Origin: an uncultured Bacillota bacterium
GTDB lineage: Bacteria > Bacillota > Clostridia > Christensenellales > UBA1242
Direction: 5' to 3'
NCBI GenBank assembly: GCA_949289785.1
Contig: CASEOW010000043.1
Coordinates: 1 to 61,530, forward strand
Length of the DNA: 61,530 nt
The notes beneath the pieces are model-generated. The model worked only from the letters and a program-made list of their open reading frames with translations, was not told the DNA's origin and did not search any database. Positions 19,892-29,885 of the stretch are shown piece after piece. Position numbers and translations under genes: made by a program. Position 1 is the first letter of the stretch. Every line of letters begins with the position of its first letter.

Positions 19892-20899
19892 TTACCTCCT
19901 TAGTGATAAATTTTTGACTTCTCTAGAAATATACTCTGCTCTTGTAATGTTTTCCTTTTTTTTATCAAAAAATTCAAAAATTTCTTTTAAATTTGCACTC
20001 ATACCTTCATGATATAATTTTTGAAATTTGTCATCATTTTTTATATCTATAAATCCTAAAACTTGACCTAATTTTATATTAGATAACAAATCTATCATTT
20101 CACTTTCTTCCAGACTATAGCAATTTGTAATAATTCCATAACTTCTTAAAACTATATCTTTTATTTCATCATATTGATTTTCTAAAATAAATTTTCTTTC
20201 TTCATCTTCTAAGGAACAAACATTATAAATAAATTGACTTACATTATCTATAATTTCATCTTCACAAAGTCCTAAAGAATTTTGATTAGAAATTTGATAA
20301 AAATATCCTTGTGCTTTAGAACCTTCTCCAAATATTCCCCTTACTGTCAAGCCATTTAATTTCGCATCTTGTATAATATTTTCTATTTTTCCGCTTTTAT
20401 CAAGTGCAGGCAAAAAAAGCATAACGGAAGCCCGCATGCCTGTTCCTAAATTGTTTGGACTCGCTGTAATAAAACCTAAGTTTTTATCATAAGCAATAGG
20501 AAGACTTTCTAAGATTTCGTCATCAATTTTAGAAAGTCTTCTGTAAGGTTTATAAAGATTAAATCCTTTCTCTAAACATTGCTCTCTTATATGGTCTTCT
20601 TCATTTATCATTACAATAATTTTTTCATCTTCGCTTATTGCCACAGATGAAATGTCTTTATTTTCAATAAGTTCTTTACTTATAAGATGTTTTTCAAATA
20701 AAGCATTACATTCATTAAGAGAAAGTTCTTTTAAAGATAGAAAATTAAAAACATCAAATTTTTCAAGTGTTTTCATGACAGAATTTGTGATATATTTTGC
20801 ATCTATATCACTTTGAAGTTTTGTATAAAATTTTAGACCATCAACATTTCTCGCAAGTCTAATTCTTGAAGAAATTGCTATATTATCAAATAATTCCAC
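19892..20899 (-). CDS. mcsB: Protein arginine kinase McsB
   Basis: SSRIRLARN, INEEDH, NLGTGMRASV, VRGIFGEGS, YQISNQ; GTG start. Confidence 0.93.
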   Translation of the reverse strand: MELFDNIAISSRIRLARNVDGLKFYTKLQSDIDAKYITNSVMKTLEKFDVFNFLSLKELSLNECNALFEKHLISKELIENKDISSVAISEDEKIIVMINEEDHIREQCLEKGFNLYKPYRRLSKIDDEILESLPIAYDKNLGFITASPNNLGTGMRASVMLFLPALDKSGKIENIIQDAKLNGLTVRGIFGEGSKAQGYFYQISNQNSLGLCEDEIIDNVSQFIYNVCSLEDEERKFILENQYDEIKDIVLRSYGIITNCYSLEESEMIDLLSNIKLGQVLGFIDIKNDDKFQKLYHEGMSANLKEIFEFFDKKKENITRAEYISREVKNLSLRR

Positions 20900-21059
20900 T
20901 TTCCCCCTTTATTTTCTTGCCTTTATGTTTTTTATCTCCATACATTTGTTTAATAGCTTCTTTCAAAGAATCTATCTCACTATAACACCTTTGACATCCC
21001 ACAAAACCTGTTTGCAAAATTTCATTATAAGATGTATCACAATATGGACATTTGTTCAT
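20886..21059 (-). CDS. mcsA: Truncated McsA-like Zn-finger protein, 57 aa (not in ORF track)
   Basis: Hand translation MNKCPYCDTSYNEILQTGFVGCQRCYSEIDSLKEAIKQMYGDKKHKGKKIKGESGII; AAGGAG RBS; overlaps the mcsB start. Confidence 0.85.
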   Translation of the reverse strand: MNKCPYCDTSYNEILQTGFVGCQRCYSEIDSLKEAIKQMYGDKKHKGKKIKGESGII

Positions 21060-21135
21060 ATTATCTCCTTTTATCTAACTAAATAGAACTTAGTTCAAAT
21101 AGATAGATTAAAAATAAAAATATAAAGTCCTAATT

Positions 21136-23286
21136 TTATTCTTCTTCAATACCTTTCATAGTCAAAGAAATTCTCTTTTTGTTAACATCAACACTTAAAA
21201 TTTTAACTTTAACTCTTTGTCCAACTTTTAAAACTTCAGAAGGATGTTTGATGAAAGCATCAGAAATTTGGCTAATATGAACAAGCCCATCTTGGTGAAC
21301 TCCTATATCTACAAAAGCACCAAAATCAATAACATTTCTTACAACACCATCAAATACCATTCCTTCTTTTAAATCTTCCATAGTGATAACATCACTGCGT
21401 AAAACTGGTTTAGGCATAGTTTCTCTAATATCTCTACCAGGTTTTAGAAGTTCTTTGGTTATATCTTCAAGTGTAGGAACACCTATTCCACAATCTTTTG
21501 CCACATTTTCTTCACCTTTAAGTTTAATTAAATTAGGTAAATTTGACACATTTCCACTTGTTAAATCTTTTTCACTCATATCAAAAATTCCAAGAAGTTT
21601 TTTTGTTGCTTCATAACTTTCTGGGTGAACTGCAGTATTATCAAGAATTTCATCGCCACCTACAACACGCAAGAAACCTGCACATTGTTCGTAAGCTTTT
21701 GGTCCAAGTTTAGGAACTTGTAATAATTGTTCTCTGTTTTTAATTCCTTTAACTTTAGCTCTATAAGCAACAATATTTTTTGCTATAGACATATTTAAAC
21801 CTGATACATAGCTCAAAAGTGAAGGACTTGCAGTATTTATATCAACACCTACACTATTAACACAATCTTCAACAACGCCTGTTAAAACTTCTGTTAATCT
21901 ATTTTGAGGCATATCATGTTGATATTGACCTACACCAATACTTTTAACATCTATTTTAATAAGTTCTGCAAGAGGATCTTGAAGTCTTCTAGCAATAGAA
22001 ACAGCACTTCTTAAAGATACATCATAATCTGGAAATTCTTCTGCTCCTAACTTAGATGCTGAATAAACTGAAGCACCTGCCTCACTTACAACTGCGTAAC
22101 TAACCGGTCTTGAAACATGTTTAATAAGTTCAGCAACAAAAATTTCAGCCTCTTTAGACGCAGTTCCATTACCTATTGAAATTATATCAACTCTATATTT
22201 TTCTATTAACTTCTTTAATATTTCAATTGATTCTTCAGTTTTTGATTGAGGTGGAGTAGGATAAACAACACTTGTTGCCAAAACATCTCCATTTTGGTCA
22301 ATTACTGCTATTTTACAACCTGTTCTATAAGCTGGGTCAAGTCCCATAATAATATTATTTTTTAAAGGAGCTTCCATAAGAAGTGGTTTAAGATTAACTT
22401 CAAACATTTTTATTGCTTGTTCATCAGCCTTATCAGTTAAATTGTTTCTACATTCTCTTTCTAGAGATGGGAATAACAATCTATCATAAGCATCAACAAT
22501 TGTTTCATCAATTAAAGCATTAGTATCTTCATTATCTTTTTTAAAATACTTGTTGATGTTTGCCAAAGCAAGTTCTCTGTTAACAGTGATTTCAACTTTT
22601 AGACATTTTTCTTTTTCGCCACGATTAATAGCTAAAATTCTATGACTTGGCAAAAGTTTTACTTCTTGTTTAAAATTAGCATAAGTTTCGTAAGTAGCAC
22701 TGTTTTCATTTTCAATTAAGGTACATTCTATAACACCTTTATTTTCAAGCAAAAGTCTTAAATCTTTTCTTAAGTTTGCATCATCTGATATTCTTTCAGC
22801 TAAAATATCCTTAGCCCCTGCAATAGCATCATTTACAGTAGCCACTTCTTCAGTTATAAATTTTTCAGCTTCTTTTAAAATAACTATATTTTTATTTTGA
22901 CTTTGAAGAAGGTCGCAAAGAGGTTCAAGCCCTTTTGCAATAGCAACAGAAGCTCTTGTTTTTCTCTTAGGTTTATATGGTCTATAAATATCTTCAACTT
23001 CAGTAAGAGTTTTTGCTTCAGACAAAGCTTTAGCTATTTCATCTGTCCATTTTCCTTGTTCAGTTATAGCCCTTTGAACCTTATCCTTTTCTTCATTTAA
23101 ATTTCTTAAATATTTTAATCTATCACTAAAAGCTCTTAATGTTTGGTCATCGCAAGTTCCATGCATTTCCTTTCTATATCTAGCAATAAAAGGTATAGTG
23201 CAACCTTCATCTAGAAGATTAATAATATTTTGACTATATTCAATTTTTAAGCCAAATTCTTGAGCAAGTTGTTCTGTTAATTCCAT
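21136..23286 (-). CDS. tex: Tex transcription accessory protein
   Basis: TIPFIARYRKE, GLDPAYRTGCK, EAGASVYSAS, IGVGQYQHD, C-terminal S1 domain. Confidence 0.97.
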   Translation of the reverse strand: MELTEQLAQEFGLKIEYSQNIINLLDEGCTIPFIARYRKEMHGTCDDQTLRAFSDRLKYLRNLNEEKDKVQRAITEQGKWTDEIAKALSEAKTLTEVEDIYRPYKPKRKTRASVAIAKGLEPLCDLLQSQNKNIVILKEAEKFITEEVATVNDAIAGAKDILAERISDDANLRKDLRLLLENKGVIECTLIENENSATYETYANFKQEVKLLPSHRILAINRGEKEKCLKVEITVNRELALANINKYFKKDNEDTNALIDETIVDAYDRLLFPSLERECRNNLTDKADEQAIKMFEVNLKPLLMEAPLKNNIIMGLDPAYRTGCKIAVIDQNGDVLATSVVYPTPPQSKTEESIEILKKLIEKYRVDIISIGNGTASKEAEIFVAELIKHVSRPVSYAVVSEAGASVYSASKLGAEEFPDYDVSLRSAVSIARRLQDPLAELIKIDVKSIGVGQYQHDMPQNRLTEVLTGVVEDCVNSVGVDINTASPSLLSYVSGLNMSIAKNIVAYRAKVKGIKNREQLLQVPKLGPKAYEQCAGFLRVVGGDEILDNTAVHPESYEATKKLLGIFDMSEKDLTSGNVSNLPNLIKLKGEENVAKDCGIGVPTLEDITKELLKPGRDIRETMPKPVLRSDVITMEDLKEGMVFDGVVRNVIDFGAFVDIGVHQDGLVHISQISDAFIKHPSEVLKVGQRVKVKILSVDVNKKRISLTMKGIEEE

Positions 23287-24386
23287 TTAATTTTCTCCTT
23301 TATTATTTGAACAATTTCTTTTACTTTATTTTCAATTTCTTCTAATCTTTCATCATATAAGAACACCTTTTTATCTAGTATGTTTTCTTTTAATTCATCT
23401 TTATCAAAACTAATTAAATTCCAACCTTGATTATAAGAAATAGCTTTAATTAAATCAAAATAAGAAATTAAATCATTTTGATACATAAGATTAGAAGTAT
23501 TGAATTTCGCTAGTTTTGCTTCAAATAGCATATCAATATTATAACAAGTTTCACTAGAAAAACCAAATTTTAAATCATTATAAATAAAATTATATAAATT
23601 AATCGCACCTCTACCATTTAGAGAATCGCATTGTGGACTAAAAATACAAGTAGCTCCATAATCTTTAATTAATTTTTGGTCATCTTTATCAATAAAATTC
23701 AAACCTAGTATATAACACTCTCTATCCAGTAAGCCAAAACTTTCAATAGTTTCAATAGGCGACATTCCAAATTTGCCAACAATTTTGCCAACTTCTTCCA
23801 AATCTTGACCTATTCTTATTAAAACAGCAGTATCAGTAATTGCACAAAATTCATTAATATCTGAAAGTTGTTTAGCAGAATAATTTAATAAATTTTCTAT
23901 CTCAAGTATAATTTTTCCACCAACCATATCACTAGTTTTCAAATTTTCTATTTTACAAGCACTGACTATTTCATATCCTTGTAATGAAAATTTTTTAAGA
24001 CTATTCTTACCCATTTGGAAATCAGGAACTTTTATAAAAACGGCTTCCACTCCTGAAATTTTGTTTTTTAAAACAGCATAATCTACCAAAATTTGTAATT
24101 GTTCAATAGTCAATATTTTTTCTATATTATCTATTAATTCTTCATTTAATGGTATAAACTTACTTATAGAGCAAAGGTAATTACAATAATAATTTTTAAA
24201 TTTCTTAATCTTAATGTTTTTATCATCAACTTTTACAATATAATCATTGTAATTTTTATCTATTTCATTTGAAATAAATTCATTGTTATATTCAATTTCT
24301 AAATCACATTTTTTTAAATATTCGTTATCATTAAAATATTCACTGTCGTTTTGAAAGTCATTTATATTAATATTGTTGTTTTGCAT
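23277..24386 (-). CDS. Degenerate amidohydrolase-fold protein (MtaD/SsnA-like C-terminal half)
   Basis: FGMSPIE..E.FGLL, D..LIK.YGA.....P, .DML.EAK.A follow the deaminase pattern, but metal ligands are missing. Confidence 0.6.
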   Translation of the reverse strand: MQNNNININDFQNDSEYFNDNEYLKKCDLEIEYNNEFISNEIDKNYNDYIVKVDDKNIKIKKFKNYYCNYLCSISKFIPLNEELIDNIEKILTIEQLQILVDYAVLKNKISGVEAVFIKVPDFQMGKNSLKKFSLQGYEIVSACKIENLKTSDMVGGKIILEIENLLNYSAKQLSDINEFCAITDTAVLIRIGQDLEEVGKIVGKFGMSPIETIESFGLLDRECYILGLNFIDKDDQKLIKDYGATCIFSPQCDSLNGRGAINLYNFIYNDLKFGFSSETCYNIDMLFEAKLAKFNTSNLMYQNDLISYFDLIKAISYNQGWNLISFDKDELKENILDKKVFLYDERLEEIENKVKEIVQIIKEKIKWN

Positions 24387-24418
24387 AAAACTCCTATTTT
24401 TTACTAATTATACTATAA

Positions 24419-25627
24419 ATGGAAAATCAAAATCAAATAAAAAAACGAGTTATTTTGCACGCTGATATAAATAATTTTTTTGCATCTTGTGAATGTTCGA
24501 CAAGACCAGAGTTAAGATTAAAGCCCGTTGCAGTAACAGGAAATCCCAAAAAAAGAACAGGGATAATACTTGCTAAAAATGAAATAGCTAAATCATTTGG
24601 AGTAAAAACAGGACAAGTTATTGGAGAAGCACTTGCTATTTGTCCAAATCTTGTATGCCTTGCACCTCATTATGATATTTATGAAAAAATTAGTGAGGCT
24701 CTTAAAGAAATATATCTATCTTATACTAATTTTGTTGAACCGCTCGGGCTTGATGAATGTTGGCTCGATGTTACTGATAGCTTAAATTATTTAAAAAAAA
24801 CAGGTAAAGAAATTGCTGACGAACTTAGAGAAAAAGTAAAAAAAGAATTTAATATTACTTTATCAGTCGGAGTTTCTTTTTCTAAAATATTTGCTAAACT
24901 CGGTTCTGACCTAAGAAAACCAGATTTTACTACAGAAATAAATTATAACAATTTTAAGAAAATTACTTACAATCTTCCTCTTAACTCAATTGTTGGCATA
25001 GGAAGAAGATTAGAAAAAAAATTCAATAGTATAGATGTTCATACTATTGGTGATTTTGTTAAGCTTGAAGATAATTATTTGCAAGACTTAATGGGGATTA
25101 ACGGAGTTAGATTAAAACAAGATTTACTGGGAGAAAGATTTGTTCCCGTTACTGATTACTATTCTCTCCCTCCCCCTAAAAGCATAGGAAATGGAACAAC
25201 AACTTTAAATGATATTATAAAAAGAGAAGACATTCTTAAAGTAGCATTTTTTTTGATAGAAAAAATTTCAAAAAGACTTATTAATCATGTAGTTCTTGCT
25301 AAAGGAATATCTGTTACAGTAAAAAGAAATGATTTAAAAACTTTTCATGCCTCAAAAAAAATTTTACCTACTTGTGAGATAAAAGATTTAATTTCAAACG
25401 CAACTAATCTCATTGATAAAATTTGGAACTATCGCTATCCTATTAGAGCATTAAGAATAAAATGTTTTAATCTTATATCTGCGAATTATAGGCAAATTTC
25501 AATGTTTGACGATAATAAAAAAGAATTATCAGAGGTGTTAGACAAAATAAATAAAAAATATGGAAAGATTATGTTAGCAAGTGACACTTCCAAATTTATA
25601 AATACTTCTCAGCATCCTCAGGAATAA
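24419..25627 (+). CDS. dinB: DNA polymerase IV
   Basis: ILHADINNFFASCE, LDECWLD, AKLGSD..KPD, KSIGN.TT. Confidence 0.95.
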   Translation: MENQNQIKKRVILHADINNFFASCECSTRPELRLKPVAVTGNPKKRTGIILAKNEIAKSFGVKTGQVIGEALAICPNLVCLAPHYDIYEKISEALKEIYLSYTNFVEPLGLDECWLDVTDSLNYLKKTGKEIADELREKVKKEFNITLSVGVSFSKIFAKLGSDLRKPDFTTEINYNNFKKITYNLPLNSIVGIGRRLEKKFNSIDVHTIGDFVKLEDNYLQDLMGINGVRLKQDLLGERFVPVTDYYSLPPPKSIGNGTTTLNDIIKREDILKVAFFLIEKISKRLINHVVLAKGISVTVKRNDLKTFHASKKILPTCEIKDLISNATNLIDKIWNYRYPIRALRIKCFNLISANYRQISMFDDNKKELSEVLDKINKKYGKIMLASDTSKFINTSQHPQE

Positions 25628-25805
25628 AAATTTCGCGATTATTTTTAAAATTTATACTTATAATTTACTAAAATTGTTTTGATAATTAATTTATTTGAAT
25701 TATAATATGAAATAAAGTGTTATTCTGTTTTCTTTTAAAAAAAATGAAATTAATGGATTTTAAAAGAATATAATATTATATTATATTTGATAAATGGAGT
25801 TAAAT

Positions 25806-26636
25806 ATGAAAAAGTTTCAAATTTTGGTAGATAGTTCATCTGACCTAAAAAACGACTATGTAAATGAGGATGACATTGCCTTCAAGGTAATTCCTTTAAT
25901 TATTAATGTAAGTGATACAGAATATGTCGACAGTGATGATGTTGATTGTGAGAAAATGCTTAAACATATGCATGAATCAAAGAAAAGTTCAAGTGCATGC
26001 CCTGCTCCACAATCATTTTTGCAAGAATTTGATAATGCAACATACACTTTTATCATAACAATCACTTCTAAACTTTCTGGATGTTATAATTCGGCTTGTG
26101 TTGCAAAACAATCTTACACAAAACCTGAAAATATATTTGTTATTGATTCAAAAGCAGTAAGCGGAACTGAAATACTATTAGTAGACAAATTAGTTAAATT
26201 AATAAAGTCAGGTTTAAGTTTTGAAGAAATACAAGAGAAAATCATTTCTTATAGAGATGGAAGAAGTTTGTATTTTATACTTCAAAAATTTGACAATTTA
26301 GTTAACAATGGAAGAATGAGTAAAATTGCTGGATTAATAGCAAGCACTTTGGTTATAAGACCAATATGTATTGCTCATGAAGGAGAAATAAAAATTGCTA
26401 AAAAAATAATTGGTATAAAAAACTGCTTATCAAAGCTCGTTCAAATGATTTGTGAAAAATCAAAAGATTATTCACAAGAAACCTTAATTATAACTCATTG
26501 CTTTGCTGAAAAAGAGGCCACTCAAATAAAAGAAGATATAGAAAGCAAATGTAATTTTAAAGAAATCAGAATTTTGCCAATGGGTGCGCTTTGTTCTTAC
26601 TATGCACTTGAAAAAGGTTTAATAATTTGTCATTAA
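25806..26636 (+). CDS. DegV family fatty-acid-binding protein
   Basis: DSSSDL, SACP, ITSKLSGCYNSA, VIDSK, NGRMSK; start set at the ATG after GGAG. Confidence 0.93.
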   Translation: MKKFQILVDSSSDLKNDYVNEDDIAFKVIPLIINVSDTEYVDSDDVDCEKMLKHMHESKKSSSACPAPQSFLQEFDNATYTFIITITSKLSGCYNSACVAKQSYTKPENIFVIDSKAVSGTEILLVDKLVKLIKSGLSFEEIQEKIISYRDGRSLYFILQKFDNLVNNGRMSKIAGLIASTLVIRPICIAHEGEIKIAKKIIGIKNCLSKLVQMICEKSKDYSQETLIITHCFAEKEATQIKEDIESKCNFKEIRILPMGALCSYYALEKGLIICH

Positions 26637-26637
26637 T

Positions 26638-26667
26638 AAAAAGTCATGAATAATTCATGACTTTTTT
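26638..26667 (+). terminator. Terminator, probably bidirectional
   Basis: aaaaagtcatgaat/attcatgacttttt. Confidence 0.85.
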
Positions 26668-26752
26668 AAAAATATCATTTTTAAATTTACAAAATGTATA
26701 ATTATTCATTTTTAAACTATAAAAACATTTTTTTCAATTTTTAAAAAATTTA

Positions 26753-27679
26753 CTAATTTTTATTTTTATAATTAAAAATTAAAACATATTTACCAGCTTC
26801 TGTACCTGCTATAGCGCCATCACCTACTGCTGTTGCTATTTGACGCAAGCTTCCTTCTCTTATATCTCCACAAGCAAATACACCTTCAATATTAGTTCTC
26901 ATTAGTGAATCTGTTTTGATAAAACCTTTATCATTCATTTCTATCAATCCTTGTAAACTTTTAGTATCAGGACTTCTACCTATAGCAACAAAAATACCAT
27001 CAACATCAATATTTTTTACACTACCATTTTGCTCAAATTCTAAACTTTCAACTTTATCACTACCAATTATTTTTTTAGACAAAGCTCCATTCAAAATTTC
27101 TACATTTTGTTTATTATCAAACTCTTTTTCAGAATAATTTGTGGATTTAAGATTTTCTTTAGTTAAAAGATAAACTTTACTACAAATATTAGATAAATAA
27201 ATAACATCTGAAAATGCAGAATTGCCTGAACCTATAACAGCCACTTTTTTATTTTTAAAAAAGTTACCATCACAAATGGCACAATAACTTACTCCTCTTC
27301 CTTTAAATTCTTTTTCGCCTTCAATATTTAATTCTTTTGAATGACTTCCTAATGCAAGAATAACCGCTTTTGATTTTAAAATTTGAGTATTAGTAGTTAT
27401 AACTTTATAATTACCACTAAAATCAAAACTTTTAGCTTCTTCCATTATAAAAGGTATATTTAAACTTTGGGCATGCTCAAAAAACTTCATTGATAATTCA
27501 TTTCCATCAATGCTTGAAAAACCCGCATAATTTTCTATTTGTCCTATAAGACCGAGTTGTCCACCTGGTAAAAACTTCTCAAGTATTGCAACTTCTCTGC
27601 CTGCTCTTTTTGCATAAATTGCTGAGGAAATACCTGCTGGTCCCCCTCCAACTATTAAAATATCATATATTTTTTCCAT
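26753..27679 (-). CDS. trxB: Thioredoxin reductase
   Basis: GGGPAG, GVSYCAICDG, GVFACGD, RQIATAVGDG. Confidence 0.95.
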   Translation of the reverse strand: MEKIYDILIVGGGPAGISSAIYAKRAGREVAILEKFLPGGQLGLIGQIENYAGFSSIDGNELSMKFFEHAQSLNIPFIMEEAKSFDFSGNYKVITTNTQILKSKAVILALGSHSKELNIEGEKEFKGRGVSYCAICDGNFFKNKKVAVIGSGNSAFSDVIYLSNICSKVYLLTKENLKSTNYSEKEFDNKQNVEILNGALSKKIIGSDKVESLEFEQNGSVKNIDVDGIFVAIGRSPDTKSLQGLIEMNDKGFIKTDSLMRTNIEGVFACGDIREGSLRQIATAVGDGAIAGTEAGKYVLIFNYKNKN

Positions 27680-27788
27680 AGCATTATTATATCATATCAA
27701 ACAAACAATTAAAACTAAATAGATATATTTTACTTAACTTATTTTGTATTTTTTTTAAATGTTGATATAATTATAATGTGAGGAACTA

Positions 27789-28628
27789 ATGGATATAAAA
27801 AAAGAAATAAAACGAAAAATTAAATTTAAAATTAAGTTAAAAAAAATTTTACTTTATCAATTTTATAATTTCAAAAATTCATTAAACTATAAATTACAAA
27901 AACATAACTATCAGGTCGGTGATATAGTTATTTTAAAAAAAGGAACATTGTTACACGGTCTAAATGTTACTACCATAGAGAAAATAGAAAATATATCTAA
28001 AAATGGGATAATTAGTGGCGAATTAATTGATTCACGAAACAAAAATGTAAAACAAAAATATCCATATTGTGTTTGTTGCTGGAACATTCAAAATGAAATT
28101 TCTTTAGAAGAATACATAAATTTATATAGTGGTTGCACCTTAAAATATAGAACAAAAAACGGCGAATTTACAAAACTTGTTTCTTATGAAGATTTTAAAA
28201 ATGGTAAGCAATTTATTCCAGAAGAAGCTTTAATGTGGGAATGTCATCAAACAAAAGAAATGCGTTTTATGCCCTCTTTAAATAACGAAATCACTGGAAA
28301 ACAAAATCAAATTGCGTTTATTATTAATTCATTTAATGATGCAATTAAACCAATATTGCAGAATGATATTTTTAGCAAAGAATTTAACCAAAAGTATCTT
28401 AAATATTTTGTTTTACCAAAAATGCTAAAACACTTTAAAAATTCAGAAAGAGACGACCTTTTTACAAATAGAGAATGTGCAATAATTTTAGGCATACCTA
28501 AAAATTTTATTGAAGGAATTTTAGTTGGTAAAATTTATGAAAATGATGAAAAAATTATTAAAAAGATAAAAGAACTTTTTCCTAATAGTTATATAGCAAA
28601 TTTAGAAGGTAAAGTTATTAAAATATAA
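27789..28628 (+). CDS. Hypothetical protein, possible ADP-ribosyltransferase-like fold
   Basis: 279-aa ORF with RBS; LLHG...IENISKNGIIS and ECAIILGIP..FIEGILV motifs. Confidence 0.55.
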   Translation: MDIKKEIKRKIKFKIKLKKILLYQFYNFKNSLNYKLQKHNYQVGDIVILKKGTLLHGLNVTTIEKIENISKNGIISGELIDSRNKNVKQKYPYCVCCWNIQNEISLEEYINLYSGCTLKYRTKNGEFTKLVSYEDFKNGKQFIPEEALMWECHQTKEMRFMPSLNNEITGKQNQIAFIINSFNDAIKPILQNDIFSKEFNQKYLKYFVLPKMLKHFKNSERDDLFTNRECAIILGIPKNFIEGILVGKIYENDEKIIKKIKELFPNSYIANLEGKVIKI

Positions 28629-28691
28629 TTATAGTTATTTAAATTAAGCTTTTTATTTATTTTATAATTAAAATGATTAAACATAGAAAAT

Positions 28692-28720
28692 AAAAAAACT
28701 TGGCAAATGCCAAGTTTTTT
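28692..28720. terminator. Bidirectional terminator after rpsI
   Basis: aaaaaacttggca-aa-tgccaagtttttt. Confidence 0.9.
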
Positions 28721-28725
28721 GTATA

Positions 28726-29136
28726 TTATCTCTTTGAGAATTGTGGAGCTTTTCTTGCTTTCTTTAAACCATACTTCTTTCTTTCTTTCATTCTTGAATC
28801 TCTGGTAAGAAGTCCAGCATCTTTCAATTCTTTTTTCAACATTTCGTCTGCTTTAACAAGTGCTCTAGCAATTCCATGACATATAGCACCAGCTTGTCCA
28901 GATATTCCACCACCAACAACTTTAACGATAACATCATATTTATCACCTGTTGAAGTGATATCAAATGGTTGACGAGCAACTAAAAGTAAAGTATCTCTTT
29001 GGAGATATTCTCCCATATCTTTACCATTAACAACATATATTCCACTTCCTGGGAATAATCTTACTCTAGCGATTGATTTTTTTCTTCTTCCAGTTGAAAT
29101 AATTTGACTGGTTTTGTTATTTTTTTTCTCTGCCAT
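28726..29136 (-). CDS. rpsI: 30S ribosomal protein S9
   Basis: [33 protein letters not shown]. Confidence 0.99.
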   Translation of the reverse strand: MAEKKNNKTSQIISTGRRKKSIARVRLFPGSGIYVVNGKDMGEYLQRDTLLLVARQPFDITSTGDKYDVIVKVVGGGISGQAGAICHGIARALVKADEMLKKELKDAGLLTRDSRMKERKKYGLKKARKAPQFSKR

Positions 29137-29579
29137 TAGTCTCTAACTCCTTTTACTTCAACATTTTGTGGTTGTTGAGCTTGATGAGAATGTTCTGCTC
29201 CTTTATAAGTATGAAGTCTTGTAAATTGTTTTCTTCCAAGAGATGTTTTTGGAAGCATTCCTTTAACAGCAACTTCAATTGCTTTTGTAGAATTTTCTCT
29301 CATTAGTTTGTCATAACCAATTTCTTTAAGACCGCCAACATAACCTGTATGCCAACGTAATTTCTTTTCAGAAAGTTTCTTTCCTGTTAAAACAATTTTG
29401 TCACAATTTAAAACTATAACAAAATCTCCACAATCAACATGTGGTGTATAAATAGTTTTTTTCTTTCCTGTTAATATATCAGTAACTGCAGTAGCTACCC
29501 TTCCAAGTGGAAGTCCTGCAGCGTCAACGACAAACCATTTTCTTTCAATGTCTGCCGGTTTAGCCATATAAGTTTTCAC
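29136..29579 (-). CDS. rplM: 50S ribosomal protein L13
   Basis: [25 protein letters not shown]; GTG start. Confidence 0.99.
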   Translation of the reverse strand: MKTYMAKPADIERKWFVVDAAGLPLGRVATAVTDILTGKKKTIYTPHVDCGDFVIVLNCDKIVLTGKKLSEKKLRWHTGYVGGLKEIGYDKLMRENSTKAIEVAVKGMLPKTSLGRKQFTRLHTYKGAEHSHQAQQPQNVEVKGVRD

Positions 29580-29675
29580 TTTTTATTTCCTCCGAATTTT
29601 TAATTAAAAGTTTTTATTTTAAGTCACTTAATATTTGGGGGCTAATCAAACAAAAAATGCCTTAAAATTAAGACC
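29580..29675 (-). promoter_or_regulatory. Putative L13 leader (5' UTR of rplM)
   Basis: About 95-nt leader with a TTAGCCCCC island reminiscent of the Firmicute L13 leader. Confidence 0.4.
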
Positions 29676-29681
29676 TTTTAT

Positions 29682-29710
29682 ATTCTATAAAAATTAAAGA
29701 TAATTGTCAA
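29682..29710 (-). promoter_or_regulatory. sigmaA promoter of rplM-rpsI
   Basis: TTGACA-17-TAGAAT. Confidence 0.8.
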
Positions 29711-29856
29711 GTATTTTTTTTAAATTTTATAACTTTATTTCCTTAACTTTCAAAGATGTTTTTTTTGTTTTTTAAAGTACTCTTTTATTAATGTATATTT
29801 ATACACTTTTATTTATATTTATAAATTTTGTTTTTCAAGAAAATTTAAAAAAAATC

Positions 29857-29885
29857 TTGACATTGATATTTATATATATTATAAT
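29857..29885 (+). promoter_or_regulatory. Consensus sigmaA promoter of the giant-protein operon
   Basis: TTGACA-17-TATAAT with an upstream A-tract. Confidence 0.8.

Noticed and set aside
18270-20434. Arg codon reassignment (AGG or CGG)
   Set aside because: AGG encodes conserved Arg in ClpC RRSR and CGG encodes the conserved Arg in McsB RASV; ORFs are intact under code 11. This is only a spot check.
21086-21096. GAAC-tta-GTTC as a LexA box
   Set aside because: The spacer is 3 nt rather than 4; more likely part of a hairpin between tex and mcsA. No SOS box is seen at dinB either.
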